From Planctomycetota bacterium (GTDB lineage Bacteria > Planctomycetota > SZUA-567 > H5-PLA8): a DNA stretch of 64,000 nt. The notes under the pieces are model-generated. The model was not told where the DNA came from. It searched no databases and was given only the letters and a program-made list of their open reading frames with translations. The position numbers and the translations under genes were made by a program. Where the stretch lies: contig BTVV01000014.1 in assembly GCA_045863855.1 (NCBI GenBank), forward strand, positions 1 to 64,000, read 5' to 3'. Below are positions 29,112 through 39,570 of this stretch, piece by piece (position 1 is the stretch's first letter; the number at the start of each line of letters is the position of its first letter).

Positions 29112-29768
29112 ATGCGTAAGTTGGCTCTGTGTCTGGCGCTGACCGTTGCGATGTTTTCCGCATCGGTGTTCGCCGAAAGTTCCAGTTCCAGTTCGAGCAT
29201 GCCCGGTGTGGGCGGTACGTCGGCGGGCGGCTTGGCCAAGGATGCAGGCGTGCGGGGTTCTTCCTTTAAGGAAGAAGGCACCAACCCCGGCGCGATGGTC
29301 GGCGATTACTTCATCAATCGCTGGTGGGACTTGATGGACATTGTCGATTTCTCGCTCGGCGCCGGTCCGGGCTTCCTGATTCACGTCCGCGCGACCAAGC
29401 TCGCGCAGGCGATCGGCGGCTGGTCGGATTCGTGGCGCGTGGGGTTCCGCGGCCGCAGCGCGGGTATCTGGCGCGAAAAGCGCACGGAGATCGGCTTCAG
29501 CTTGCTGTACTACCAGAAGGTCGAGCGCGAGCGGATCAGCGGTTGGGTGGAATCCATTCGTTCCGATGACATGGACCTCGATACCGCCGAAGTGTATGGC
29601 GGCGATAAGGACCGCAGCTTTACCGGCATCGGCTTTACGGTTCACGCGGGTATTCTGGTCGACGTGAACATCCGGCCCATGCAGGCGGCGGATTTTGTAA
29701 TGGGGCTCTTTACCATCGACGTCCTGGACGACGACACCGGGAAGCTGGTCCGCAATAAAGACCTCTGA
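29112..29768 (+). CDS. Secreted hypothetical protein
   Basis: Signal peptide (..SVFA|E); SD GGGGAG; Gly/aromatic beta-rich body; followed by a terminator. Confidence 0.8.
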   Translation: MRKLALCLALTVAMFSASVFAESSSSSSSMPGVGGTSAGGLAKDAGVRGSSFKEEGTNPGAMVGDYFINRWWDLMDIVDFSLGAGPGFLIHVRATKLAQAIGGWSDSWRVGFRGRSAGIWREKRTEIGFSLLYYQKVERERISGWVESIRSDDMDLDTAEVYGGDKDRSFTGIGFTVHAGILVDVNIRPMQAADFVMGLFTIDVLDDDTGKLVRNKDL

Positions 29769-29795
29769 TCCAAATTCAACCATGCACGCAATTCG

Positions 29796-29827
29796 AGACG
29801 GACGGCTTCGGCCGTCCGTTTTCTTTT
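29796..29827 (+). terminator. Rho-independent terminator
   Basis: GACGGACGGC-TTCG-GCCGTCCGTT then T-rich tail. Confidence 0.85.
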
Positions 29828-29887
29828 ACGCCAGTCTTACACGTCGGCTTGCCGACGTTTCAAAAAGCAGGATAGAATAGGCCCCGA

Positions 29888-30940
29888 GTGAGCCGAGGGT
29901 GCGTCGTGGCCATATCAACGGGGACGGCGGTCATTAACGAGCCGGCTTTGCGCATCGAAGGCTTGAGGATGGTTTACAATCCCGGGCTCTTCCAGCGCAG
30001 CAAGCTGGCGGTGGATGGGTTGGATCTGGAAGTGCCGAAAGGCAGCATCTACGGATTCCTGGGCCAGAACGGCGCGGGCAAGACCACCAGCATCAAAATT
30101 CTCGTCGGTCTCCAGTCGCCCACCGCGGGCCGCGCGTGGATCTTCGGTTCCGATATCCGCGACAGCGCCTGCCGCACACGCGTGGGGTTCATGCCCGAGA
30201 ATCCTTACTTTTACGAATACCTGACGGCTTGGGAGACGCTGGAATTTTACGGGCGGCTTTCGGGGATGAGCGGTCCGCAGCGCCGGCGGCGCGGCGAGTA
30301 CCTCCTCGAACGCTTCGGGCTGGGCGAGACGCGCAACGTTCCGATGCGCGACTTCAGCAAGGGTATGCGGCAGCGCCTGGGGCTGGCTCAGGCGATCATG
30401 CACGAACCGCCGCTGGTGATCCTCGACGAGCCCATGTCCGGTCTCGATCCGTTGGGTCGCCGCGATATCCGCAACGAGATCCTGGCGCTGCGCGACGCGG
30501 GCTGCACGGTCTTCTTCAGTTCGCACGTCCTGCCGGACGTGGCCGATATATGCGACCGGGTCTGCATCATTCATCAGGGACGCAAGGTGGCCGAGGGGCG
30601 GCTGAACAAGCTCCTGGGGCAGCGCGTGTTGGAGGTGGAACTTTCGGCGTCGGGCGTGCCGCCCGAAGGCCTGCCCGAGGCCGCGAAACTGGCCCGCCGC
30701 GCTTGGCACGACGGCGAACTGTACCGCATGCTCTTGGATGACGACGAGAAGGCGAGCAAGGCCAAACGACTCATTGAAGCATCCGGCGGCGAACTGCGCA
30801 GCTTGGTGCCGCATTACGAATCGCTGGAGGAGTACTTCGTCCGCGTGACGCGCGACGGCGAGATCGCCAACTTGGGCGGCCGCGCGGTGCCCATCGGCGA
30901 ATCCACGCCGCAGCCGGGCGGGAAGGAGGCCAAGGCGTGA
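29888..30940 (+). CDS. ABC transporter ATPase (PilH-like)
   Basis: [25 protein letters not shown]. Confidence 0.93.
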   Translation: MSRGCVVAISTGTAVINEPALRIEGLRMVYNPGLFQRSKLAVDGLDLEVPKGSIYGFLGQNGAGKTTSIKILVGLQSPTAGRAWIFGSDIRDSACRTRVGFMPENPYFYEYLTAWETLEFYGRLSGMSGPQRRRRGEYLLERFGLGETRNVPMRDFSKGMRQRLGLAQAIMHEPPLVILDEPMSGLDPLGRRDIRNEILALRDAGCTVFFSSHVLPDVADICDRVCIIHQGRKVAEGRLNKLLGQRVLEVELSASGVPPEGLPEAAKLARRAWHDGELYRMLLDDDEKASKAKRLIEASGGELRSLVPHYESLEEYFVRVTRDGEIANLGGRAVPIGESTPQPGGKEAKA

Positions 30941-31722
30941 AGGTCTGGGCCATTGCCGTCAACACGTTCCGGGAAGCGGTGCGGGACAAGATCCTGTACC
31001 TGCTGGTGGTCTTCGGGATTCTCCTGATCGTCGTCTCGCGCGCCATCGGCTGGATCAGCTACGGCGGCGAGCACAAGATCATGACCGACTTGGGACTCTT
31101 CGCGATCTGGCTCTTCGTGGCCCTGATCTCGATTTTCATCGGCACGCAGATGATCTACAAAGAGATCGATAAGCGTACGCTGTATACGATTCTCTCCAAA
31201 CCCATCGACCGATGGGAATTCGTGCTCGGAAAGTACCTGGGCCTGCTGCTGACGACGGCGATGATCCTGGCGCTGCTGTCTTCGGTTTTCCTGCCCTACC
31301 TATACCTGATGGGCGCGCCGCTCACCGGCGCGATCTTTCAAGCGCTTTTGCTGACGCTGCTGGAAATGGTGGTCGTCACCGCGCTGGCGATTTTTTTCAG
31401 TTCGGCCAGCACGCCGGTGCTTTCGGCGGTCTTCACGTTCATGCTTTTCGGGATGGGCCAGTTGACCAAGTGGATCGTGGACTTGGGGACGCAAGTGCAG
31501 GGGCAGGCGCCTTGGGCCAAGCTGTTCCTGAAGCTCTTCTATTACCTGATGCCGAACTTGCATAATTTTAACGTGCGGCAGGAGGCGGTGCAGGCCGCAG
31601 GCCGCGGTGAAGGCTGGGCCGTGGGTGCGGACCAGACCTTCAGCATCGCGGTGTACTCGTTCTCCTACGCGGCCGCGGTATTACTGGCGGCGGTGCTGGT
31701 CTTCCGGCGCCGCAATTTCTGA
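30937..31722 (+). CDS. ABC-2 type permease (PilI-like)
   Basis: IAVNTFREAVRDK, EIDKRTLYTILSKPI.R..FVLGKYLG; six TM segments. Confidence 0.9.
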   Translation: MKVWAIAVNTFREAVRDKILYLLVVFGILLIVVSRAIGWISYGGEHKIMTDLGLFAIWLFVALISIFIGTQMIYKEIDKRTLYTILSKPIDRWEFVLGKYLGLLLTTAMILALLSSVFLPYLYLMGAPLTGAIFQALLLTLLEMVVVTALAIFFSSASTPVLSAVFTFMLFGMGQLTKWIVDLGTQVQGQAPWAKLFLKLFYYLMPNLHNFNVRQEAVQAAGRGEGWAVGADQTFSIAVYSFSYAAAVLLAAVLVFRRRNF

Positions 31723-31744
31723 TCGGCGGGACCGAGGTTTTTGC

Positions 31745-33262
31745 ATGGAAGCTCCGGCCGAACAGGCGGCGGATCTGAAGCAGGTCTACGACGCCTATCA
31801 GATGCAGGAGATCCGTGAGCGCGCGGCGCAGGTCGAGCGCATGGCCTTCGCCCAGGAACTGGGCGATTGGGGCTACGTGCTCTACTTCGCGCTCTTTGCC
31901 TTGGGCTCGGCGCTGCTGGTGGGCTGGGCCTTCTGGCCCAGGCACCGCAACCTGACGCTGCGGGGCTGGGCCGAATCCAGCGCCCTTCCCGCCGGCATGC
32001 CGGCACTCGAACGTGCTCACGCCGGGTGCGCCGCCGCCATGCTGCTGCTGGTGCTCTGTGCGATAAGCCATCAGCGCGGCATCGACTCCGAGCGCGGATT
32101 TATCGAAGACCGCTGGGTACGCATGGATCGCGATCTACGCGAAGCCGAGCGCCGCGGCCCGCAAGCGGTGGAAGAAGTGGTTAAGTCGCACTACCTGTAT
32201 TTGCCCGAAGGGGACGCGCTGCATTACCTGTTTTTGGGCAACGACAGCCTCGCCGCCGATGCGGTTTGGCTCACCAGCTTGCAGTACGTATCCAGCCCGT
32301 TCCGCCGCGGGCAGAAATTCGAGATGATGTACCGCTTCTACGAGACGGTGCTGGAACTCGATCCGCGCTGGGTGACGATTCACGCGCGCGCGGGTAAGTT
32401 GCTCAGCGCGATCGATCCCGACCGCTACCGCGCCGAACGCTTCTTCATGCGCTCGATCGCCGCCAATCCCGAAGACTGGGTGCTGCCCATGGAAGCCGGC
32501 CGTCTTTTCGTGGTTCCACCCGAACGGCCCAGCCTTCTGCGAGATTATTCGACGCGCAGCGCCAACTATTTCGAGACGGCTTTGCGGCGCGTGTCCCTTC
32601 CGGCGGAGATGCGCGTATCGCTCAAGGACATGGTCGCTCGCTTGCGTTCGGAAGGCGAGGACTACGACATCGCCGCGCAGTACCTTTGGGAGGTCGCGAC
32701 CAACCGCGAAAATCCCAAGCCTTTGCGCGACAGCGCTTCGCGGGCCTGGCTGCAGGCCGAATCGTTGTTGCGCGTGCAGCGCGTGCGCGAGCGCCTGGAG
32801 GCCTTTCGCAAGTCGGTGGGGCAGTCGCCTCCCAAACTGGGCGCTCTCTTCGACCGCCCGGAGTACGACTTGGCCGACGCGTACGGCTATCCCATCGCGC
32901 TCGATCCGAAATCCGGCGAGCCGTATTCCGACGGATACCGCTGCCAGCGCGCGTTGCAGGCGAGCACCGTGATTCAGACGTTGATCGCGATTTACCGGCG
33001 CGAGCGGGGACAAGTGCCTCCGGACTTAAACGAGCTGACCCTGTGGGTGCGCGCATACTTCAAGCCGCCCAATCACGCAACGTTTCCCATGCTGGAAGCG
33101 CTGGGCGAAGAGTTGGACTGCGCGACCAACCCGATGGGCGGGAACTGGGATTACATACCGGACACGGGGGCGATCGAGCTTCCGCCGCGCGCGAGCGCCA
33201 ACCGGCTCTTCGTCAACGTGGATATGGCCCTCGACGGACAACCGCCGCCGTTCTTCAGGTAG
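31745..33262 (+). CDS. Membrane-anchored TPR-like protein (PilG-like)
   Basis: Two TM segments; LAADAVWLTSLQY, LELDP; two pseudopilin-like C-terminal segments. Confidence 0.65.
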   Translation: MEAPAEQAADLKQVYDAYQMQEIRERAAQVERMAFAQELGDWGYVLYFALFALGSALLVGWAFWPRHRNLTLRGWAESSALPAGMPALERAHAGCAAAMLLLVLCAISHQRGIDSERGFIEDRWVRMDRDLREAERRGPQAVEEVVKSHYLYLPEGDALHYLFLGNDSLAADAVWLTSLQYVSSPFRRGQKFEMMYRFYETVLELDPRWVTIHARAGKLLSAIDPDRYRAERFFMRSIAANPEDWVLPMEAGRLFVVPPERPSLLRDYSTRSANYFETALRRVSLPAEMRVSLKDMVARLRSEGEDYDIAAQYLWEVATNRENPKPLRDSASRAWLQAESLLRVQRVRERLEAFRKSVGQSPPKLGALFDRPEYDLADAYGYPIALDPKSGEPYSDGYRCQRALQASTVIQTLIAIYRRERGQVPPDLNELTLWVRAYFKPPNHATFPMLEALGEELDCATNPMGGNWDYIPDTGAIELPPRASANRLFVNVDMALDGQPPPFFR

Positions 33263-34052
33263 GCGAACCGTAGCCGTGCGCGTGCAGGACGCGGATCGCA
33301 TCTTCCAGGTGAGCGTTGGTGCGCGGCTCGGCCGCTTCGCGCGGACCCATTTCGACGGCCACGCGCCCCTTGAATCCCGCCGCGGCCATGACTTCGCGCA
33401 CTTCGACGAGCGGCTGGGCTTCGAGCGGTCGCTTGGCTTTTTTGTGGTCCTTCACGTGGTATTGCTTCGTGCGTGGCGCGACCATGCGTGCGGCGGCCAC
33501 CGGCTCCTCGCCGCTGTGCAGGACGTTGACGATGTCGAAGTAGACGCCTACGCGCGGATGGTCGGTGCGCTCGATCAAGCGAAACGTTTGAGCGGCGGTG
33601 TTGCGGTACTTGCTCCCCGGAATGTGCTCCACCGCGAGCTGGGTGCCGGTCTTCTGTGCGCGTTCGCCTCCGGCGCGCAAAAATTCGATGTAGCGATCGT
33701 CGTAGCCGCGTTCGTTCGCTCCTGCCCACATCGGCAGCAGGAGGACGTCGCCGCCGGCGGCCGCGAGCGTTTCCAGGGCGCGGCTCAGGATGTCCAGTTC
33801 GCGCGGGAACGCGTCGGGTTCGGCCAGGCGCAGCCCCAAGTCGGGGAACCCTCCGTAAATCGCGGAACGGACCGGGCATCCGGTCTTCTCGCCCAGCGCG
33901 CGCAGTTCCGCGCCGAACCCCGCGCCAAGTTTTGGCCACTCTTCTTTATTCCAGGCCGGCTCAATGAAGTCGTAGCCCAGCGCTCGAAGCGCCTCCATCT
34001 TCGCTTCGAGCGATTCGCCCACCACGCCGCCGGCGCAGGCGCCGAGTTCCAT
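33255..34052 (-). CDS. Sugar phosphate isomerase/epimerase (xylose isomerase-like TIM barrel)
   Basis: LGYDFIE, LAVEH, YFDIVN, YHVKD, GFKGRVAVE; start MELGAC with SD AGGAG. Confidence 0.88.
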   Translation of the reverse strand: MELGACAGGVVGESLEAKMEALRALGYDFIEPAWNKEEWPKLGAGFGAELRALGEKTGCPVRSAIYGGFPDLGLRLAEPDAFPRELDILSRALETLAAAGGDVLLLPMWAGANERGYDDRYIEFLRAGGERAQKTGTQLAVEHIPGSKYRNTAAQTFRLIERTDHPRVGVYFDIVNVLHSGEEPVAAARMVAPRTKQYHVKDHKKAKRPLEAQPLVEVREVMAAAGFKGRVAVEMGPREAAEPRTNAHLEDAIRVLHAHGYGSPT

Positions 34053-34096
34053 GATCCGTCTCCTTTGGCGCCGATCCGCCGTTGTGTCCGGTCCGT

Positions 34097-35107
34097 TTAC
34101 TGTCCTTCGCGGTAAATCTCTTCGCCCACCAGTTCGGCGACGTGAATCACGCGCCCTTCTTCGGCGGCGCGATTGGCGGCCAGCGTGACGGCGGCCGTAA
34201 TCAGCGCATCGCGGAAATCGCTGCGCAACAGTTTCGGCTGGTTGCTCGCCACGGCGCGCACGAACGCCGCGTCGATGCTGGGCTGTTCGGCCGGCGTCGG
34301 CGGCACTTCGTAGACGCCCTCGGGGCTCACCGTCAGCGTATCGCCGTCCAGAACAGCCTTCGCGTCCTTGAGCATGAAGTACATGCCGCCTTGACCGGCT
34401 TTGCCGGCCGCGCATCCCGTATTGACCGTCGCCGCCGCACCGCTCTTGAAGCGCAGCAGCACCGCCTGGCTGTCGGGGACGGTGGTGCTGTCGTCGTCGC
34501 GATGAAGCCGCTTGAAGCTGTAGCTGGCCGCGACGGCCTCGACCTCGCCCATCGCCCAGCGCAGCAGATCGACCTGATGCGTGGTCATCTCGACGAGCTG
34601 GCCGCCGGACTTGTCGTAAACGCGCCACCACGGTGTACCGGGCAGGCCGCCCCAGCGGAAAATATGCGCGGCGCCCACTTCCTTTCCGGTGAGGAAAGCT
34701 TTCAGGCGCATCGGTCCCGGCAGGTAGCGCAGCGTGTAACCCACTTGGGTCAGGATGCCCGCCTTCTTGATGTGCTGCCACGCTTTCTTGGCCTGATCGA
34801 GGTACAGATTGACCGGCTTTTCGACGAAGAGGTGGATGCCCTTGTCGGCGGCCAGGATCTCCACGTCGCCGTGCGCGAAGGGCGGAACGCAGACGTAGAG
34901 GGCGTCGAGTTTCGCTTCGCCGATCATTTTCTTCGCGTCGGTGTAGACGGCCGCGCCGAAGGGAGCGGCGGCCTGTTTCACGCGCGCTTCGTCGATGTCG
35001 CAGAGCGCCGCGATCTCGGCTTCGGGAATTTCCGCCAGGCGCCGCAGGTGCGCTCCGGCGATCCCGCCCGTGCCTACGAATCCGATCCGAACCGTTTTTC
35101 CGGCCAT
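34097..35107 (-). CDS. Gfo/Idh/MocA oxidoreductase
   Basis: IGFVGTGGIA, FVEKPV, GGQLVEMTTHQVD. Confidence 0.93.
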   Translation of the reverse strand: MAGKTVRIGFVGTGGIAGAHLRRLAEIPEAEIAALCDIDEARVKQAAAPFGAAVYTDAKKMIGEAKLDALYVCVPPFAHGDVEILAADKGIHLFVEKPVNLYLDQAKKAWQHIKKAGILTQVGYTLRYLPGPMRLKAFLTGKEVGAAHIFRWGGLPGTPWWRVYDKSGGQLVEMTTHQVDLLRWAMGEVEAVAASYSFKRLHRDDDSTTVPDSQAVLLRFKSGAAATVNTGCAAGKAGQGGMYFMLKDAKAVLDGDTLTVSPEGVYEVPPTPAEQPSIDAAFVRAVASNQPKLLRSDFRDALITAAVTLAANRAAEEGRVIHVAELVGEEIYREGQ

Positions 35108-35131
35108 GTGCGTCCCCTTTTTTCGAAAGCG

Positions 35132-36220
35132 TTACGCTTTCAGTTTTGCCACCGACTGCCGCGCGACCAGGGTGGGTTGCAACACCGTTTCCATGCGCAT
35201 CGGCGCGGCGATGCGGCTGCGATTCACCAATGCTTCCACCGCAAGGTAGCCCAGCTCGAACGCGGGGATGCTCACCGCCGTCACTGCCGAGCCTCTGCGC
35301 GTGCCGAGGACGAAGTCGCTGAAGGCCAGGAGCGAGAAATCCTGCGGGATTTGCAGTCCCATTTCGGCGGCCACGTCCAGCGCCGCCGCCGCGAACTCCT
35401 CTTCGGTCGCGTACAGCACGGTGGGGCGCGGATTCAGCGTGAGCAGTTTGCGCGCCATCTCGAGCCCTCCGGCGCGGGAAAGCTCCGCGTGCGCGATGCA
35501 CTCCGGTGCGAGCTTGACGCCCGCGGCTTTGAGGGTTTCGCGCAGGCCCGTCACGCGTTCTTCGAAGAACTGGTAGCGCTCGGGGCCGGCCATCACGCCG
35601 ATGCGCGTATGGCCCTGGTCGATCAGATACTTCGCGGCCAAGTGCGCGCCGCCCCGCTCGTCGGTGCGCACGATCAATTCCGCGCCGTCGAGCTTGCGAT
35701 TGAGCGCGATCCACGGCAGCGGAAGCTTAGCGCGCACGAGCATGGCGTCTTCTTCGTGGTTCGAGAAGAGGAAGAGCAGGCCTTTGGCGCCGCCGCGTTT
35801 GAGACGGCCGAGGTGTTCGGCTTCGAGGGAATCGGCGAGCCGTCCGTTGGGGTAGGGGGTGAGCTGAAGCGAGAGCCCGTATTCCTGAACCTTGCTCATC
35901 ACGCCGCTGAAGACGTACGCGAAATAGCCGATGGACCGGTCGTGCAGCGCAGCGGCGTGGGTGTCGGGAACGAAAAGGAGCATCGATCCGGCGCCGCCGG
36001 CGGGCAGCGCGGCCGCGGACGCGCCGGTCCAGGCGGTCGCTTTGGCGCTTTTGGAGCGCTTTCCGCGGCGGGCCTTTTCGGGGCGGTAATTCAGCGAAGC
36101 CGCGGCCATGCGGACTTTGCGACGCAGGTCGTCGGAAACATCCGCCGAGCCCGAGAGGACCCGCGAGACGGTGGCGGTCGAAACGCCCGCCGCGCGTGCG
36201 ACGTCGCGCACCCCTGCCAT
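35132..36220 (-). CDS. LacI family transcriptional regulator
   Basis: VRDVARAAGVSTATVSRVL...LNYRP; GHTRIG, IPQDFSL. Confidence 0.93.
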   Translation of the reverse strand: MAGVRDVARAAGVSTATVSRVLSGSADVSDDLRRKVRMAAASLNYRPEKARRGKRSKSAKATAWTGASAAALPAGGAGSMLLFVPDTHAAALHDRSIGYFAYVFSGVMSKVQEYGLSLQLTPYPNGRLADSLEAEHLGRLKRGGAKGLLFLFSNHEEDAMLVRAKLPLPWIALNRKLDGAELIVRTDERGGAHLAAKYLIDQGHTRIGVMAGPERYQFFEERVTGLRETLKAAGVKLAPECIAHAELSRAGGLEMARKLLTLNPRPTVLYATEEEFAAAALDVAAEMGLQIPQDFSLLAFSDFVLGTRRGSAVTAVSIPAFELGYLAVEALVNRSRIAAPMRMETVLQPTLVARQSVAKLKA

Positions 36221-36297
36221 TCCGCATCTCCGTAGCTGAAACTCTAAGTGCGCTAATTGTTACGGCCCGCGCGGGTTTGGCAAGTGAGGGCGGGCGT

Positions 36298-38286
36298 TTA
36301 ACCCACCAACCAATCCGCCACCGACGCATCGGAAGCGAGTTTGCGCTCGAGCTTAAGCTTAGACTGCGCACCGGCCGCTCGGTACGCCGCCCGCGCCGGT
36401 GCCAGATCGAACTTCGCGCCGGCATGATGAAGGAAAAGCGGGGAGGGGGCGCAGAGCGCCGCGGCGGCGGGTAGGCCGCCGACGCGCATCAGGTGCGGGA
36501 TCGAGACGCGCCAGAGGTATTCCTGCGGCGCGGAGGTGTCGAGCGTATCGAGATCGGCCGCGACGCGGGCAAGGCCGTGCGCTTGCGTGCGCGCCAGAAC
36601 GCACCACAGCCCGCCCCAGCGCTGACCGGCCAAATGAACGGCGCTCTTGTGTCTTCGCACCCAAGCGGTTGCCGTCAACAGGTCCTGCACGCGGTGGCAG
36701 ACCGAAGCTAGGTTGTAGGTCAGTCCGTGCGAAATCCCCGCGGGGCGCTTGGGCATCCCGCGCGCCGCTTCGAAGGTATCGATGGCCAGGACATGCGCTC
36801 CGCGTTGAAGCAAGGCTGCGGCGAGCGCGCCGGGGGTGCCTGCCACCGGATCGACGCACGCCGAATGTCCGTACGGATGCACCAGCACCACCCAAGGGGC
36901 TCGAGCTTTGGCCTCGGGCGGCTGTAGCCAAAGCGCTTGCACGAGGTCGCCTGCGCCGCGCCGCGTGAGCGAAACGCGCGTCCATCCGCTTACGCGCTTA
37001 CCCTGGAATGAAGCGAAGGGCTCCAGTCGTGCCTGCACGGCTTCGGGTTGTGGCGTAGACGCTTTCAGTAGCAAGTCGAACAGAGGCTGATGTTTGTCTT
37101 TGAATTTCTGGAGTGCGGCGGGCGATTGGGGCAAGGGACCGCGGCGGATGGCGGATCGTGTCCAGGACTCGGCCAGCGCGGTTTCTTTCAGTGCGCACGC
37201 GGGCAGCTTGTCGTTGGGAAAGACGCGCAGCCGTTTGAGAGGCTCGGCCTGGAAGGGCCGCTCACGGGCATAGGCCGGATCGTCGATGCCGAACCAGAGC
37301 CGCCCCAGCCATCCGTACAGCGCCTCGCGGCTGGCGCGATTATAATTGTGCCCGGCGTGCTGGTGATAGCCTTCGGCCCGCCGCCCCGCGTCCTTCCCGT
37401 ATAACTGGTAAACCTTACGGATGGCCGGTAACTCGTAGTTGGGTACGTCGGCAGTCCAGTCTCCGGTACAGCTTACGACCAGCAGGGGGCGCGGTGCGAT
37501 CAGGGCAGTGATCTCGATGTTGTTCGTGCCGATACGCAGCAAAGGAGCGTTCTCGCAGAGGCAACCGCCTTGCATGGTTCCGCTGACCATCACCACCGGC
37601 GCGGCGGCGCGGATGCGTTCGTCGATGGCGGCCAGCAGAAAGGTCTGCGATCCGCCGCCGCTGGCGCCCGTGCAGGTCAAGCGTTTGGGATCGACTTCGG
37701 GCCGCGCGAGCAGGAAATCTGCCGCGGCGAGGCTGTTGAGCGTTTGCAGGCCTAGGATCGAAAACCCGCTCAAGGCCAGTTCTTCGACTCGATCGGCTCC
37801 GAAGCGGTGCTGGATCTGCAGCGCGTCGTTGTAGCCGAGCATATCGTAGCCGAAGGCAACGCCGCCGCGTAGTGCGACGTTGATGCACAACCCCGGCATG
37901 GAATCGTCTTCCGGGCCGCGGTTCACCAGCCGGCCTTCCTTCCAATGGCCGTGCGGCACCAGAAGAGCAGGACAGGCGTGACGCTGCGTAGGCAGCGGGT
38001 GCGGGCGGTATACGTTTCCGGTCACCAGCAAGCCGGGGAAACTCTCGAAGTATACGTTCTCAATGGCGTACCCGTCGCACACTGTGGTTCGGGTTACATG
38101 CGAATTCAAGGGTGCTTGGGGCGGTGCGGGCCAAACGCCCAACGCCAATCGAAGCTGCGCGACCAGTTCCGAGCGGCGCCGCTTCCATTCGGCAAGCGAA
38201 CGGGGCGGCTCGAAGCGAAACGGGTAATCGAGATGCCGGATTTCCAGCAGGCGGCGGTCGGCAGCAAGTACGGATAGAGCAGCCAT
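36298..38286 (-). CDS. Two-domain alpha/beta hydrolase (acetylxylan esterase-like)
   Basis: VTGNVYRP, PHGHW, TGASGGGSQT, GGCLCEN, HNYN; start MAALS with SD AAGGAG. Confidence 0.85.
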   Translation of the reverse strand: MAALSVLAADRRLLEIRHLDYPFRFEPPRSLAEWKRRRSELVAQLRLALGVWPAPPQAPLNSHVTRTTVCDGYAIENVYFESFPGLLVTGNVYRPHPLPTQRHACPALLVPHGHWKEGRLVNRGPEDDSMPGLCINVALRGGVAFGYDMLGYNDALQIQHRFGADRVEELALSGFSILGLQTLNSLAAADFLLARPEVDPKRLTCTGASGGGSQTFLLAAIDERIRAAAPVVMVSGTMQGGCLCENAPLLRIGTNNIEITALIAPRPLLVVSCTGDWTADVPNYELPAIRKVYQLYGKDAGRRAEGYHQHAGHNYNRASREALYGWLGRLWFGIDDPAYARERPFQAEPLKRLRVFPNDKLPACALKETALAESWTRSAIRRGPLPQSPAALQKFKDKHQPLFDLLLKASTPQPEAVQARLEPFASFQGKRVSGWTRVSLTRRGAGDLVQALWLQPPEAKARAPWVVLVHPYGHSACVDPVAGTPGALAAALLQRGAHVLAIDTFEAARGMPKRPAGISHGLTYNLASVCHRVQDLLTATAWVRRHKSAVHLAGQRWGGLWCVLARTQAHGLARVAADLDTLDTSAPQEYLWRVSIPHLMRVGGLPAAAALCAPSPLFLHHAGAKFDLAPARAAYRAAGAQSKLKLERKLASDASVADWLVG

Positions 38287-38400
38287 ACGTGGACTCCTTG
38301 AGGCGTGCTTGAACGGAGCGTGATGCGTTTCGTTTCTACCCGTGCGCGCTTTCGTGGCAAGGTGCTCGCCGGAAAGCGTCGGCGCCGCTATAAAGCGGCC

Positions 38401-39570
38401 ATGTCCAATGCATCGGTGAATTACTTCGTAACGTGCGCCAAGGGTCTCGAAGAGGTCGTGGCGGACGAACTGCGCGCGCCGGCGATCGGCGCGGAGTCGA
38501 TCGAGCCCGGCAGTTCGGGCGTCTATTTTTCGGGAGACCGCGCGACGGGCTACCGCGCGAACCTCTGGTTGCGCTGCGGCGTGCGCGTGCTCCAGGAACA
38601 TGCGCGCGCGACGGTGATCGGATCGGAAGAACTGTACGAATGGGCGCGCGGCATCGACTGGCCGGCGTTGATGAAAGTCGAGCAGACCTTCAGCGTCGAT
38701 GCACGGGTTTGGGACAGCGCGATCACGCACAGCAAGTACGCGGCCCTGACTATCAAGGATGCGCTTTGCGATACCTTTCGCGACAAAAAGGGGTCGCGCC
38801 CGGATGTGAATGTGCATCACGCGGATCTGCCGCTTTTCTTGTACCTGCACCGCGACGTGGCGGTGCTGTATCGAGACATGAGCGGCACGACGCTGCATAA
38901 GCGCGGGTACCGCGACGCGTTGCATAAGTCTTCGCTAAACGAGTGTGTGGCCGCTGGGATGCTCTTGATGAGCGGCTGGGACGGATCGGCGCCGCTTCTG
39001 GATCCGATGTGCGGCAGCGGGACGCTGGTGATCGAGGCCGCTTGGCTGGCGATGCGCCGCGCGCCTGGGCTGTTGCGGGATGTCTTCCCGCTGATGCGCT
39101 GGCCGGATTTCGACAAGAAGGCTTGGAAGGAAGTACGCGCGGCAGCGGAAGCGGTTGCCTTGCAGCAGCCGCCCGCGCTGCTGATGGCCAACGATATACA
39201 CGGAGGCGCACTATCGCTGGCTAAGAAGGACGCGCGTTCGGCAGGTGTGGAGCGCTTCATCCGCTTCAGCAATAAGGACGTGGCGCACTACACGCCGCCG
39301 GAGAAGCCGAAGCTGGTGGTGAGCAACCCGCCTTGGGGCGAACGTTTGCAGCCGGCGGATCTGGAAGCGGATTGGAAAGCGCTCGGCCGGTTCCTTAAGG
39401 GGCATTGCGGCGACGCGGACGCGTGGATTCTCTCGGGTAATGCCGAGATCACGCGGCATCTGGGGCTCAAGTCAGAGCGCAAATACCCCATACGAATCGG
39501 GCCGGTGGATGCGCGCATAATCCACTACCGCATCCTGCCGCCTCGCAAGGCCGCCGAAGTCAGCTCTTGA
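38401..39570 (+). CDS. THUMP-domain rRNA m2G methyltransferase (RlmL-like)
   Basis: CAKGLE, LHKRGYR, LLDPMCGSGT, SNPPWGER. Confidence 0.9.
   Translation: MSNASVNYFVTCAKGLEEVVADELRAPAIGAESIEPGSSGVYFSGDRATGYRANLWLRCGVRVLQEHARATVIGSEELYEWARGIDWPALMKVEQTFSVDARVWDSAITHSKYAALTIKDALCDTFRDKKGSRPDVNVHHADLPLFLYLHRDVAVLYRDMSGTTLHKRGYRDALHKSSLNECVAAGMLLMSGWDGSAPLLDPMCGSGTLVIEAAWLAMRRAPGLLRDVFPLMRWPDFDKKAWKEVRAAAEAVALQQPPALLMANDIHGGALSLAKKDARSAGVERFIRFSNKDVAHYTPPEKPKLVVSNPPWGERLQPADLEADWKALGRFLKGHCGDADAWILSGNAEITRHLGLKSERKYPIRIGPVDARIIHYRILPPRKAAEVSS

Noticed and set aside
34053..36235. 717-aa plus-strand ORF and the long N-terminal extension of ORF 33255..35714
   Set aside because: Overlap the oxidoreductase and LacI genes in other frames; the isomerase starts at 34052 with its own SD.
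38287..38925. N-terminal extension of the 875-aa hydrolase ORF
   Set aside because: Antisense to the rlmL-like gene; SD supports a start at 38286.
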